NCBI GenBank assembly: GCA_044239965.1
Contig: JBIIAI010000001.1
Location: 1,190 to 65,189 of the forward strand
From: Akkermansiaceae bacterium
GTDB lineage: Bacteria > Verrucomicrobiota > Verrucomicrobiia > Verrucomicrobiales > Akkermansiaceae
Direction: 5' to 3'
DNA length: 64,000 bases
The position numbers and the translations under genes are program-made. The stretch's first letter is position 1. Each line of letters opens with the position of its first letter. Under the pieces are notes generated by a model. It saw only the letters and a list, made by a program, of their open reading frames with translations. It was not told the origin of the DNA and searched no databases. Of the stretch, positions 20,101-28,900 are shown piece by piece.

Positions 20101-21106
20101 TTTAGGACTTGTCAATGTGGGCACACTGAACGCTGTCAATTCGGTCGGCATTGTAAACCTTGACGGCGGCACTTTTGCTGCGAAGCAAATCATCAAGGGT
20201 GGTGCTGCAGCTAGTGGCACTCTCAACTTCAATGGCGGCACGCTCAAGGCGAATGCGGCAGCGACGGCTGCTACCTTCCTGCAAGGCATCAGTGCAGCCA
20301 ATGTCCGCGATGGTGGTGCCATCATCGATACCAACGCTCAAGATATCACGATTGCTCAGCTTCTTCAGCATTCCGTAATCGATGGCGATGCTGCGGTCGA
20401 CGGTGGCCTGACGAAAAATGGAGCGGGCAAGTTAACGCTCTCCGCGTCCAATACTTACACAGGTGACACCACCGTCAGCGCAGGAACGCTTTCCCTAGCT
20501 GCCGCTGCGCTTGCTGATACTTCCGACGTAATCATTGCATCGGGTGCCACATTGGACCTCACTCATGCTAGCACTGACATCGTTGATAGTCTCACGATCA
20601 ATGGCGTCGCGATGGCTAATGGGGTTTATGGAGCTATCGGCTCTGGTGCTCAGTTTGAAAATGCTGCGATCACGGGCTCAGGCAAGTTGCAAGTGGGTAC
20701 TAATCCTTACGATTCTTGGGCTACGTCCAAAGGTTTAACGGGTGGCGATGCCTTGAGTAGCGCAGATCCGGACAATGATGGCATGGTCAACTTGATGGAG
20801 TTCTTCCTTGATGGTTCTCCGACATCGTTCACTTCCGCCCCTGCTGCATCAGCGGATGGGTCGAATCTATCGATCAGCTTCAAACGTCGTGATGATGCAG
20901 AGGCCAATGTTGCTTCGCAATTCGTGCGCGTCAGCACCGACTTGGTGAACTGGACCGATGTGGCCATTCCTACAGCCAGTGGCACAGTTAGCGGCGTAAC
21001 CTTTACCATTGTCGAAAATGGTACAGATGCCGATGATGTCACCGCTTCTGTGCCGATGGGTGCCGACGTGAAAAAATTCCTCGGTGTGAAAGTCACCGAA
21101 AACTAA
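14186..21106 (+). CDS. giant secreted PATR repeat protein with a C-terminal DxDxDG module
   Basis: 2306 aa. Signal peptide MKKNSRNILLAALLLGQSQAAS, then the YWDGGNGNW motif. There are three beta-helix modules, each ending in an FNFNGG.LKA...GGA.(I/F)D.NG(F)D junction followed by PATR units (VTKQGAGTLQLSGALTYVGATTVNGGTLAL, LTKNGAGKLTLSASNTYTGDTTVSAGTLSL). The C-terminal module begins DPDNDGMVNLMEFFLDGSP at nt 20765. Confidence 0.85.
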   Translation: MKKNSRNILLAALLLGQSQAASLYWDGGNGNWLNNAAWSTDSAAITPDPVVAPVAADDAFFNISTANLASTVTLNGNYAARSLTFTNTAATNLSADGINRALSVGAGGMTMASGAGTATIGSATTNQNVPVTFTASQTWVNNSTNNIVLANIFATSAAVNITKQGTGNVWYSNTGGATISGNLDIQAGKLLVSGDLTWNGVLSGAGTLENGGPSSKWIFQRGAGDSVFSGSIKDQSPTVRLGFVKGNNEGTLTMSGANQLGDRFAVERGTVRLTGSIAAGFAAGTGGNMVIVGNTASVNARLLVEGGTLSSARTGDIAVDIGTAANANGLVSMTSGTITSGNAYGIGRAGYGAHVQTSGSLTSGSWLVVGANAGRGVLSQSGGTITVTANRMTVGAGSNASIGVVNLSGGSFTANAGIFLGENGRGILNISGTHSYSTGAAGTTQFAGNASSLEGHLNLNGGTMATNSITKGASTGTGIYRFNFNGGKLKATANSANFFSDLALTDAYVNAGGGTIDNSGFGITLTEALKAPTGNGVSATGLATTGGGLIGTPVVTITGGGGTGATAVANIDGSGNLTGITMTNPGIGYTSAPTFALSGGGFGSTGAITGAATLVANTSGAMTFEGTGTTTIKSAFTYTGGTTLAAGKLDWNFTSGASLGALTIADSAALLVTPPVKGNTFTVTNATFGSSGATSLTANVGDQVGVNITAAPLNVTGNLSLNSNLTINVAGTKFAVGVLPLVSYAAKSGSGSLTLGTVPSGVVATLVDNGSGLIYLNITQVALPRWDGTVDTIWDTTTANWVDQVLNTASVYVDPNPVMFDDLATGVGGTTVTLNSTVAPKEVIYNNTTAKPYTLSGSGKISGSGTLTKRNTGTATISGILNDYTGVTRIEGGTLSVDVISNGGVASPLGAATSASSNLVLAGGTLTYTGATTTTDRGFLIDANNSIFNTANDLTVTGTVSSGLVANFNKAGAGKLTIAGVGSNTIGSVGAVNRVSAGTLAFDGTSGAQTNTVLAELWVAETPDVPAKLSLLNTSVTMPGWLAVGRGNGDNGVCNIDLINSSLSVGNFSTGFNNGLANNASETFIVQNNSTFTNTGTTNVAESNASAATWEMINGSVYTAGNTLNIGGVGTATGVITVKDTSSIIKNGAGTMVIGNAGIGTLNLENSATLTVGNNETYIGNAGATTQGFLNVKDNATVNFGATTFVGKSDVAGTGFSQGTLNQTGGTVNAATWLVVGRYVGAQGFYNISAGTTNQVGAAQAMIIGEAGAGTLTVSGAGVLNVQGSFLSIAKLSTAVGTVNLNGGSISAKRVIEEAAGGTSTLNFNGGVLKATAASADFVSVDTVDVKTGGAIFDSNGFDITVLEDLAGVGGVTKQGAGTLQLSGALTYVGATTVNGGTLALGSATDLPAATNLAINNGTFDVRNGSSSRLATVADLSLDGATLSFGGNGTSTDKLTATGAVTTSGSNTIKLTGVLDNGTYTLIEASAPLSGSFTLDTSALPPSFTNYVGSVSGNTYIVTVTGSPVPGEAYWMGDISAVWNTTASAPNSNWATSAAGTTDANQMPGAITDVYFSATGATNTTTTLGADSTINSLTFSSGAASIGGANALTINATNPNSYGLEVASGASVTIALSNLIYANDTKVNAGGTLTVTGSSLGSATEGSLYLDGVLNVDSNLAKAELNGAGTVRRSVAGLSILTIGGGFDSAFSGLIENGTGTLILTKAGNGKLTLSGANTYTGGTNLQAGGLEIGNAAALGTGSLTLSGGTLYNGTGSALNLSNPVVLGGAWTFDGPDNLTLSGAKTSFSQPIVNVLSGELTLPGVIAGDYGLIKNGDGVLNVTGTVTSAATNALGVISFADGITNSSATLNSTGAEIWVGNGAGNNATMNMSGGAINCVNWLAIGRSGGSGTLNMLGGSITKTTITGNIVISGGSASGQTGLLNQSGGTVTNLDSQTWVGESGTGTYTISGSAVADLGLVNVGTLNAVNSVGIVNLDGGTFAAKQIIKGGAAASGTLNFNGGTLKANAAATAATFLQGISAANVRDGGAIIDTNAQDITIAQLLQHSVIDGDAAVDGGLTKNGAGKLTLSASNTYTGDTTVSAGTLSLAAAALADTSDVIIASGATLDLTHASTDIVDSLTINGVAMANGVYGAIGSGAQFENAAITGSGKLQVGTNPYDSWATSKGLTGGDALSSADPDNDGMVNLMEFFLDGSPTSFTSAPAASADGSNLSISFKRRDDAEANVASQFVRVSTDLVNWTDVAIPTASGTVSGVTFTIVENGTDADDVTASVPMGADVKKFLGVKVTEN

Positions 21107-21116
21107 TATTCCCTTC

Positions 21117-21157
21117 GCCCCTCTGCGCATCGTGCGCTGAGGGGCTGTTTGGCTTTT
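21117..21157 (+). terminator. rho-independent terminator after the 2306-aa gene
   Basis: GC-rich hairpin GCCCCTCTGCGCA / TGCGCTGAGGGGC (21117-21145, one internal T-T mismatch, 3-nt loop), followed by TGTTTGGCTTTTT. It starts 11 nt after the stop codon. Confidence 0.6.
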
Positions 21158-21212
21158 TCCATTACTTCTTGTTTAACTTAGTAGCTTGTAGCTACCTCCC
21201 TCCTATCGTCCC

Positions 21213-24200
21213 ATGAAAGTCAAAAATCAATTATTTCTTCGTGCCGTCACAGGTTCCACCTTACTTCTTTCACTAACACAAGCCGCTACTGTGGTTTGGG
21301 ATGGTGGTGCAGCAGGCACTGGAACAACCCTAGAAACTGCTAGCAACTGGGTAGGTGATGCCTTGCCGTCAGTAGCTGCTGACACCATCCAATGGAATGG
21401 CACGGTAGCGGGTCCATTGAGCTTGAGCTATGCTTCAGGATTAGGAGGTGCGGCTGGCAACATCGGTCTCAATGTTAATTTGACGAGCGCACAAACCAGT
21501 GCTGTGAGCATTGATTCGGCAACGAACACAGCGATCCGCTTGAATAACGTGACATTGGACAGCGGCGCGGGAGCTTTTACTTTGGGAAACGGCACGGGTA
21601 GTGGCGCTTCTGCTTTTGCGATCACACTCGGTGGAGCGACGAACCAAACGCACACTTGGTCGAACAACTCCACGAATACGGCTACCATCAACAATGATGT
21701 GTTGTTTGGTTTGGGCGGTGGTGGCATTCACGCATTGCAGTTTACTGGATCAGGAAATTGGGATGTGAAAAACAACCTTACCGTCAGTAATGCTGCGACG
21801 ACCGGTGTTCAGTTTTCTTTGCAAAAAACCGGAGCAGGAACGCTTACTTTGTCGGGTGGAGGTAGCCTCAAAGCAGGGCCAGTCGCATTTGGATCTGGGA
21901 CTACAGGATTTGGTGCTGTCTTTAAGGCAGGGATTACCAACATCACGGGCGGTAATTACGCGTTCAATTCGAGCGAATTGGTGGTCGGTGGTTTGGACGT
22001 TGCTGGAACTAATACACAACTCAACTTAAGCAATGCTGGGGCCATTACTGGTGTGTCATGGTTGAGTATTGGACGCGGCAACGGTGCCGGCGCGGTTTCT
22101 TCGAACCTAACTCTGAACAATACGTCATCTGTCGCCGCCAATGATATGAGCGGGGGCTTCAATGCTGGCAATACGAGTACAGCACCGAAGGGTGTGGTGA
22201 CTTTGAACGATTCCTCTACTTTGACGGTAGTATCGAACGTGCAGTTGGGTGAGTCGGTGAATTCTGATATCACGCTGAACATCAACGGCACATCGACATT
22301 TTCGCAAACGAGCACCACTGGCGGAAGCACGAGACTGGGGATGGCGAATGGAGCCAAAGGCACCATTAACGTGGGCGGTGGCACGGCAAATTTTCAACGG
22401 GATTTGGTTCTTGGCTCTGGAGGCACAGGATCAGGGAAATTGGTGCTGAATTCAGGAATAGTGAATATGGCATCGACCGTAGAACGCTGGCTGATCGTCG
22501 GCAATGCGGCCGGTGCGAGTGGTCAGATCGACGTCAATGGCGGGGAACTGCGATTGAATACGAACACGGACATTCGTATGGGCGTGGGAACAGTTGCTAC
22601 TACGGGTGTAGTAAATCTGAACGCTGGTGCGATCACCGGATACGTGGGCAATGGAACAGGTGGATTTAGTACTACAAGTGTAGTAGATATGCAAAACCAA
22701 GGTGCTGCATCATCGAACAATACTTTCAACTTGAATGGTGGAACCTTGACGATCGGGCAAGTGATTTCAACCGCCACGACAGGCACACGGACATTCAATT
22801 TCAATGGTGGCAGCCTGAAAGCCGCGGGCGCGAATGTGAACTTTTTCAACATCGGAACTGGCAGCGCGACTGCATCGGTGAAAAGTGGTGGAGCGATCAT
22901 TGACTCGAATGGTTTTGATGTGACCGTTGTCAACTCTCTCGTCGATGGCACGGGCGGCGGTGGCCTCACAAAAAATGGCGCAGGCACGCTGACCCTTTCT
23001 GGAGCAGCGAGCACATATACAGGTGCGACCAATGTGAACGTCGGCACGCTGAGAGTGAATGGGAATCTCACCTCGAACATTAGTGTCGCCAATGCGGCCA
23101 CACTGAGTGGCAATGGCTCGACTACGGGAACCGCTTCATTTGCAACTGGTGCGACTTTATCGGTCGATCCAGTAGCAGGTGACTTTGCGGCAGCAGGAGT
23201 GAATTTCGCAGGCTCGACCACGCTATTTTTCAGTTCTGCGTTGACCACAGGAAACACCTACGACGTCATTACTTACGCTGGTGGCACACTCTCGGGCACA
23301 TCGAACTTGGTGAAAACAAGTCGTGGCAATTTTGCTGACACGGGGACAAAGCTTACCTTCACAGCAGGCGGTGTATTGACTGATACATGGAATGCGGTTT
23401 CGGGCACCTGGCAGATTGGTGTTAGCACACCGTGGAGCAATGGCTTTGACGGTGAGTTTTGGAATAGCGATACCGTTGTGTTTGACGATACTCCGGGCGT
23501 GGATTCTACAGCCACGATCGTAGGCAATGTGGTACCAGCAGCGGTGAATGTTTCTGGTGCGACCAATCACTCCTTCGCAGGAAGTGGCGCAATTTCTGGA
23601 TCCGCTGCGATCAATAAAACGGGCTCGGGCACCTTGACGATCGGCAACGTTAACACCCACACTGGTGCCTTAACGATTTCAGAAGGCACGGTCGTCTCCA
23701 CCGTTAGCGGAGGATTGAGCACTGCCGCTGCGACCGTCCTTGCTGGTGGTACTTTGAACCTTGGTGGTATTAGCCAAACCTCGGGAGCCTTTTCGATTGC
23801 CGCCGCTGCGGCCTCGGGTGACACTGTTTCTAACGGCACGTTGAATCCGACATCGACAGACGTCAGCAACGCCTCGGGCAATGCGATTGTTTCTGCAGCG
23901 ATTGGATCCGGACCCTTGGTGAAAACTGGTGCGGGCACACTGACCATGAGTGGTGGTGCGAACTTTAATGGTGGTATCAATGCTTTCGGCGGCTCCTTTG
24001 TTTCCGTTCTAAAAGAAGGTCAAACGGAGATTACAGCCGGCACTTATAGTTACAACAATGGCGAACTTGTCGTTGGCGGACTTGATGCAGTGGGCACCAA
24101 CACAGAATTAAAAATTTCCAATGCGGGTGCTCTGACCAACATGTCATGGTTGAGCATCGGCCGTGGCAATGGCACCGGCGCGACCTCCTCTAACGTAAGT

Positions 24201-25871
24201 CTCTACGATACATCAAGCATCTCTGCAGCGAACATGTCGGCGGGTTTCAATGGAGGCAACGCCGCGACTGCTCCGAAAAGTGTCATCTCGTTGAACAATA
24301 GTTCCTCCTTGAACATTGGTTCAGGTGGCGGTTTCTTCGTTGCCGAAAGTCCTGGCTCACATGTGACGATGAACCTCAGTGGTAGTTCGGCCGTTACGAT
24401 CAATGGCAATGGCACTGCGATTAACCGCAGCATTGGTCATCTCGGCACCGGGATTTTGAATGTCAGTGGCTCCGCCAACTTCACAGATCAAAGCAATCAG
24501 GCGCTAAACATTGGTTTCCAAGGTGGCGTTGGCGAAGTTAACATCAATGGTGCGACGGCTCAGTTCAATCATCCGAACGGTGAAGTGCGCGTGGGTGCCG
24601 CGAATGCGAACGGAGCTTTTACTGGAGGCTCTGGCACGATTACGATCACCGAGGGCAATGCCGTGGTGGGTGCCTTGACTTTGGCGCGCGGGAATAACAG
24701 TGCTGCGCAGATCAATGGCACGGTGAATGTGAACGGTGGTACATTTACCTCGACGGGTGATGTGGTTCTCGGCTTCGCAGGTGCGGGCAATGTGGGACGT
24801 CTCAACGTCAACGGTGGTACTTTCAACGTCGGCACAACGGCGTCCAAGTGGTTGCAAGTGGGAGGTTACGATACTGCGATTGCTGAAGTCGTAATCGGTT
24901 CGGGTAACCTGAACTTGAATACCAATTCTGCGATCAAGATGAGCCGACAAAATGGAACAGGGGCTCATACATTTACCATGAATGGTGGCAATGTTACGTA
25001 TTTCAGTGACAATGCGACAACGGTTGGCGGAACGGGAGATCTCGACTTGCAATACGTTGGTGCCGCGACGACGAACAATACCTTCCATTTGAATGGCGGT
25101 GTGCTGACGGTCCCGAAAATCATCACCACGACTGATTCGGGAACGGTTGCCCTGAATTTGAATGGTGGCACGATCAAGGCAACAAACAACGAGGCCAATT
25201 TCCTCACCTTGGGTGGAGCAAATCAAAAGGTCTACGTCAAGAGCGGCGGAGCGGTGATCGATACCAACGGCTATGACATCACGATTGCCGAAGGGCTCGT
25301 TGATGGAGGAGGTAACGGTGGTCTAACGAAAAATGGCGAAGGCACTTTGACATTGTCGGGCACTAGCACCTACACAGGAACAACTACCGTCAATGCTGGT
25401 ACGCTCTATATCACGGGTGCTCTGGCCTCTACGAATTTTGTTGTTGAAGCAGGAGCAACCGTTGCAGGAAATGGCACCATCAGCAGCGATGTAACTTTGG
25501 ATGCAGGTGCAGAACTGAATCTCACGGGAGCAACGATCGATCTCGCAGGTAGTTCGAACATCCTCACCGTTGGCCTGAGCAATTCCATTACTCTTACAGA
25601 CTTCGGTTTTGCGAACATCGTCGGTTGGGACGCGGCTTCGGCAGCAGATGGCACTTATACCTTGATCAATGGTGCAAGTTCCGTGACTTTCAACGGCACG
25701 ACTCCGACTGCCGCAACTCCATTCTGGTTTGTTCCCGATGTGAAAAAAGGCTACTTCCAGCAAGGTAGTTTGCAGGCAGTGATCGTCACCGTTCCTGAGA
25801 CAAGCAGTGCGCTTCTTGGCGTGTTGGGTGCTTCTTGTGTATTCTTACGCCGCAGAAGGAATGCGAACTGA
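21213..25871 (+). CDS. giant secreted PATR repeat protein with a PEP-CTERM sorting tail
   Basis: 1552 aa. Signal peptide, then the VVWDGG motif. Two internally duplicated roughly 700-aa beta-helix modules each end in PATR units. The C-terminus VPETSSALLGVLGASCVFLRRRRNAN (nt 25791-25868) has the PEP-like motif, a TM helix and an Arg cluster. Confidence 0.85.
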   Translation: MKVKNQLFLRAVTGSTLLLSLTQAATVVWDGGAAGTGTTLETASNWVGDALPSVAADTIQWNGTVAGPLSLSYASGLGGAAGNIGLNVNLTSAQTSAVSIDSATNTAIRLNNVTLDSGAGAFTLGNGTGSGASAFAITLGGATNQTHTWSNNSTNTATINNDVLFGLGGGGIHALQFTGSGNWDVKNNLTVSNAATTGVQFSLQKTGAGTLTLSGGGSLKAGPVAFGSGTTGFGAVFKAGITNITGGNYAFNSSELVVGGLDVAGTNTQLNLSNAGAITGVSWLSIGRGNGAGAVSSNLTLNNTSSVAANDMSGGFNAGNTSTAPKGVVTLNDSSTLTVVSNVQLGESVNSDITLNINGTSTFSQTSTTGGSTRLGMANGAKGTINVGGGTANFQRDLVLGSGGTGSGKLVLNSGIVNMASTVERWLIVGNAAGASGQIDVNGGELRLNTNTDIRMGVGTVATTGVVNLNAGAITGYVGNGTGGFSTTSVVDMQNQGAASSNNTFNLNGGTLTIGQVISTATTGTRTFNFNGGSLKAAGANVNFFNIGTGSATASVKSGGAIIDSNGFDVTVVNSLVDGTGGGGLTKNGAGTLTLSGAASTYTGATNVNVGTLRVNGNLTSNISVANAATLSGNGSTTGTASFATGATLSVDPVAGDFAAAGVNFAGSTTLFFSSALTTGNTYDVITYAGGTLSGTSNLVKTSRGNFADTGTKLTFTAGGVLTDTWNAVSGTWQIGVSTPWSNGFDGEFWNSDTVVFDDTPGVDSTATIVGNVVPAAVNVSGATNHSFAGSGAISGSAAINKTGSGTLTIGNVNTHTGALTISEGTVVSTVSGGLSTAAATVLAGGTLNLGGISQTSGAFSIAAAAASGDTVSNGTLNPTSTDVSNASGNAIVSAAIGSGPLVKTGAGTLTMSGGANFNGGINAFGGSFVSVLKEGQTEITAGTYSYNNGELVVGGLDAVGTNTELKISNAGALTNMSWLSIGRGNGTGATSSNVSLYDTSSISAANMSAGFNGGNAATAPKSVISLNNSSSLNIGSGGGFFVAESPGSHVTMNLSGSSAVTINGNGTAINRSIGHLGTGILNVSGSANFTDQSNQALNIGFQGGVGEVNINGATAQFNHPNGEVRVGAANANGAFTGGSGTITITEGNAVVGALTLARGNNSAAQINGTVNVNGGTFTSTGDVVLGFAGAGNVGRLNVNGGTFNVGTTASKWLQVGGYDTAIAEVVIGSGNLNLNTNSAIKMSRQNGTGAHTFTMNGGNVTYFSDNATTVGGTGDLDLQYVGAATTNNTFHLNGGVLTVPKIITTTDSGTVALNLNGGTIKATNNEANFLTLGGANQKVYVKSGGAVIDTNGYDITIAEGLVDGGGNGGLTKNGEGTLTLSGTSTYTGTTTVNAGTLYITGALASTNFVVEAGATVAGNGTISSDVTLDAGAELNLTGATIDLAGSSNILTVGLSNSITLTDFGFANIVGWDAASAADGTYTLINGASSVTFNGTTPTAATPFWFVPDVKKGYFQQGSLQAVIVTVPETSSALLGVLGASCVFLRRRRNAN

Positions 25872-25956
25872 TTTCGTTCGTAGCTATCAAAATTGAATGA
25901 TTGAAGATGGGGGCGGTTCGAAAAAAATCGCCCTCTTCTTAGTTAAAACAAAACCC

Positions 25957-28900
25957 ATGAATGCAACTCGATCGATAGTTTTCGCCACGCTTGCTTGTCT
26001 GTTTTTCTCGCTTTGCGCTCAAGCGGGCATCGTGTCGTTTACTGCCTCGCGCGAGACGTTTTTACCGGGGCAACAGGTGGTCTTGTCTTGGGATGTAACC
26101 GCGGGAGATGCCATTTCGATCAGTCCGAGCGTAGGAACGGTATCGGGCACAACTGGATCGGTGACGGTGGTGCCGACGGCAGATACCACCTACTTGTTGA
26201 CGAATGCCACCAGTGGCACAACTGCTTCGGTGTCGTTGAGCATGCACAAAGCTGCAACGTTAAAACATCGTTGGTCCTTCAATGAGGGATCGGGAAATAC
26301 AGTAATCGATTCCGTCGCAGCAGTAAATGGCGTGATCGTTCCGTCATCGTCTACTATTCCAGCGAATCAGCATTCGCGCTCGGCATCGATGGTGACATTG
26401 CCCGGTGGAAGCTCGGGAACACGACCCTATATTGATTTGCCGAATACGAGTATGTCTGGTCTTGAAGAAGTCACTATCGAGGGCTGGATGACGCCGATTC
26501 AGCCCAGTGGGACGAATACGCGAATATGGCAGCGAGTTTTTGATTTTGGTACGGGAACCGCAGGGGAGGTGAACTCACGTGGCGGAACATTTAGCGGCGT
26601 ATCGTATCTTTTTCTCGCGTTGCAAAATGGCACAAACACGGGAGTGAAAGTGCCTGGTATTCGTGATGATTCGACGGAGCAGAACATTTCGATCGCTGAT
26701 GCGATTGGCTACGGTGCAGAATTTCATTTCGCCTATGTCTATGATCTCGATGGCAATGCGGGATCACCACAGATCCGTTATTATAAAAATGGTGTCTTAA
26801 TGACTTCGCTCAACACGCCACATTTACTCACGGGCATCCCTTTTGACAATGTGTGGTTGGGGCGATCGAATTGGTCTGCTGACTCGAATACGCAGGCAAG
26901 CTACAACGAGTTTCGGATCTGGAATCGTTCGATGAGCGCGGAGCGAGTGGCGGACAATGCCGCGGCGGGAGCTGATGCTTTTCCCACATCTGTTAGCATC
27001 GATTCCTTGACGGCCTTTCCTGCGCTCACGATCGAGTCGGGCCAAACGGCTCGTCTTTCATATGTGATCGCGAATCCCTCGGGTGGGAGTTTTACGGCAT
27101 CGATCAATCAAGGCGTCGGCGCGGTCACGGGCACGGAAGGATTTGTCTCCGTCACGCCAACTGCAACGACAACTTACACGCTTAGCGTCACAGCGGGTGC
27201 GATCACGCGCACGGCAAACGTCACGGTGACAGTAACGCCAGGTTCGCATCCTGCGGCGGAAAATCTGAGTTATCAAATTCCGCATAACACAACGACGGCC
27301 GCACGGATGGTCGCTAATGATTATCAAACAAATTCGCTCAGCTATAGCATCGTGACGCCACCTGCCAATGGTGTGCTTTCGGGAACGGCACCATTTTATT
27401 TTTACACACCGAACGCCGGATTTGCGGGAGTTGATAGCTTTACTTACAAAGCGAACGATGGTGGGCTCGACTCAAATACGGCCACAGTCACGCTCACGGT
27501 GTTACCTGCACCCGTAGCGCCGACAGCGGTCACGGCGAGCGATTCGGTGATCTACACAGATGCAGTGAATGGTTCGTTCATTACCCGATTGCGCACCACC
27601 GATGGCAATCCCGATGATACGTTTAGCTATGCGTTGGTGAACGGCGTGGGTGATACGCACAATGCTTGGTTTATACTTAATCAGCATCAATTGCTGAGTG
27701 CTCGTAATTTTTCGTTAGATAGTGGTGTCGCGGTTTCGATTCGTGTGCGGGTGACAGATTCTGCGTCGAACAGCTTTGAGCAAGTGCTAACATTTTCTGT
27801 TAGCCCGCGACCACAGACAGTGATGATTCATGAGATCAACTACAATCCCTCGCGTAATACCCAAGCGAGCGAGTTCATTGAATTGTTCAATCCTACGTCA
27901 GCAGCGATCGACCTCAGCAGTTGGCGTTTGGCAAATGCGGTGGATTATTTATTCCCTGTCGGCACCACCATTCCTGCCAATGGCTATCTGGTGATTGCAG
28001 AAAATCCAGCAGTGATCCAGAGCATGTATGTGGTTGCCTCGTTAGGTCCATGGACCGGCGGATTGAGTTCGCAAGGGGAATCGATCGAGCTGAGGAATGC
28101 CTTGGGCAATGTAGTGGATAGCGTGGATTTTGGAAATTCCGCACCATGGCCGACGGCACCGAATGGCGACGGTGCTTCGTTAGAGTTAGTCAATGGAACA
28201 TTCGATAACAACGTGGGCGGAGCGTGGAGCGCTTCGACTTCGGTAATCGCGAGTCAAACGTATCTCAGTGCTGGATCAGCGGGATGGCAGTATTTCAAAG
28301 GAACCAGCGAGGCTTCAACTCCGATGACGGCTTGGCGTGCGGAGAGTTTTAACGACAGTGCTTGGACGAGTGCTACCATGCCGCTAGGGATATTTAAAAT
28401 TAATAGCGATACGCCTTCTTCGTTCAATGCCGAAACGGGTGTCACATTGGCGACGCAGATCAATGACATGGCGACGTTCAATGGTTCGTCTTTCACTGCC
28501 GCCTATAACTCCGTCTTTTTGCGAAAAAATTTCACCGTCACTGGTGCGATCCCGCGAGCCTTGGTGCTTCGCGTGATGCGCAATGATGCGGCGATTGTCT
28601 ACATCAATGGCACGGAAGTCGCGCGCTTTGGGTTTTCTCCTGATGCTCCCGCCGAACCCGCCTACAATTCCACCGCGATCTATGAGCGGGCGAACGACCC
28701 TTGGAGCGATATTCTATGGCTCAATCCAGGCACCTTATTGCATCAAGGAACCAATACTATGGCGATCCATGCGTATGCGAAACCACCGCAATTGCGAGCC
28801 AATCAAGAAGACGTAGGAGTCTATCGGATTTTTGATTTTTGTGTCGATGCCGACCTCCGCACACCTGCAGAAATGATCGGTACACCCGGTGCGGCAAACT

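Noticed and set aside
7413-21106. Annotating the PATR proteins as classical type V autotransporters.
   Set aside because: After the last PATR unit only about 90-200 aa remain. That stretch is occupied by the conserved LTH-ITGSG segment and the DxDxDG module, so there is no room for a roughly 270-aa 12-strand beta-barrel translocator and I saw no barrel-like terminal motif. I kept the neutral name PATR repeat protein.
7436-25763. Dozens of 60-300-aa antisense or out-of-frame ORFs inside the giant PATR genes, for example 9063-9956(-), 16966-17526(-), 17947-18585(-), 19660-20334(-), 22523-23257(-) and 24504-25226(-).
   Set aside because: They lie entirely within long, motif-rich plus-strand CDSs. 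Their translations are Pro/Val/Ala/Arg-rich mirror images of the Gly/Thr/Asn repeats, and they have no independent signals. They are shadow ORFs produced by codon periodicity.
7413-25871. Highly repetitive DNA of the giant genes, considered as a CRISPR array or satellite.
   Set aside because: The repeats are in-frame, degenerate at the nucleotide level and conserved at the protein level. There are no identical direct repeats with unique spacers.
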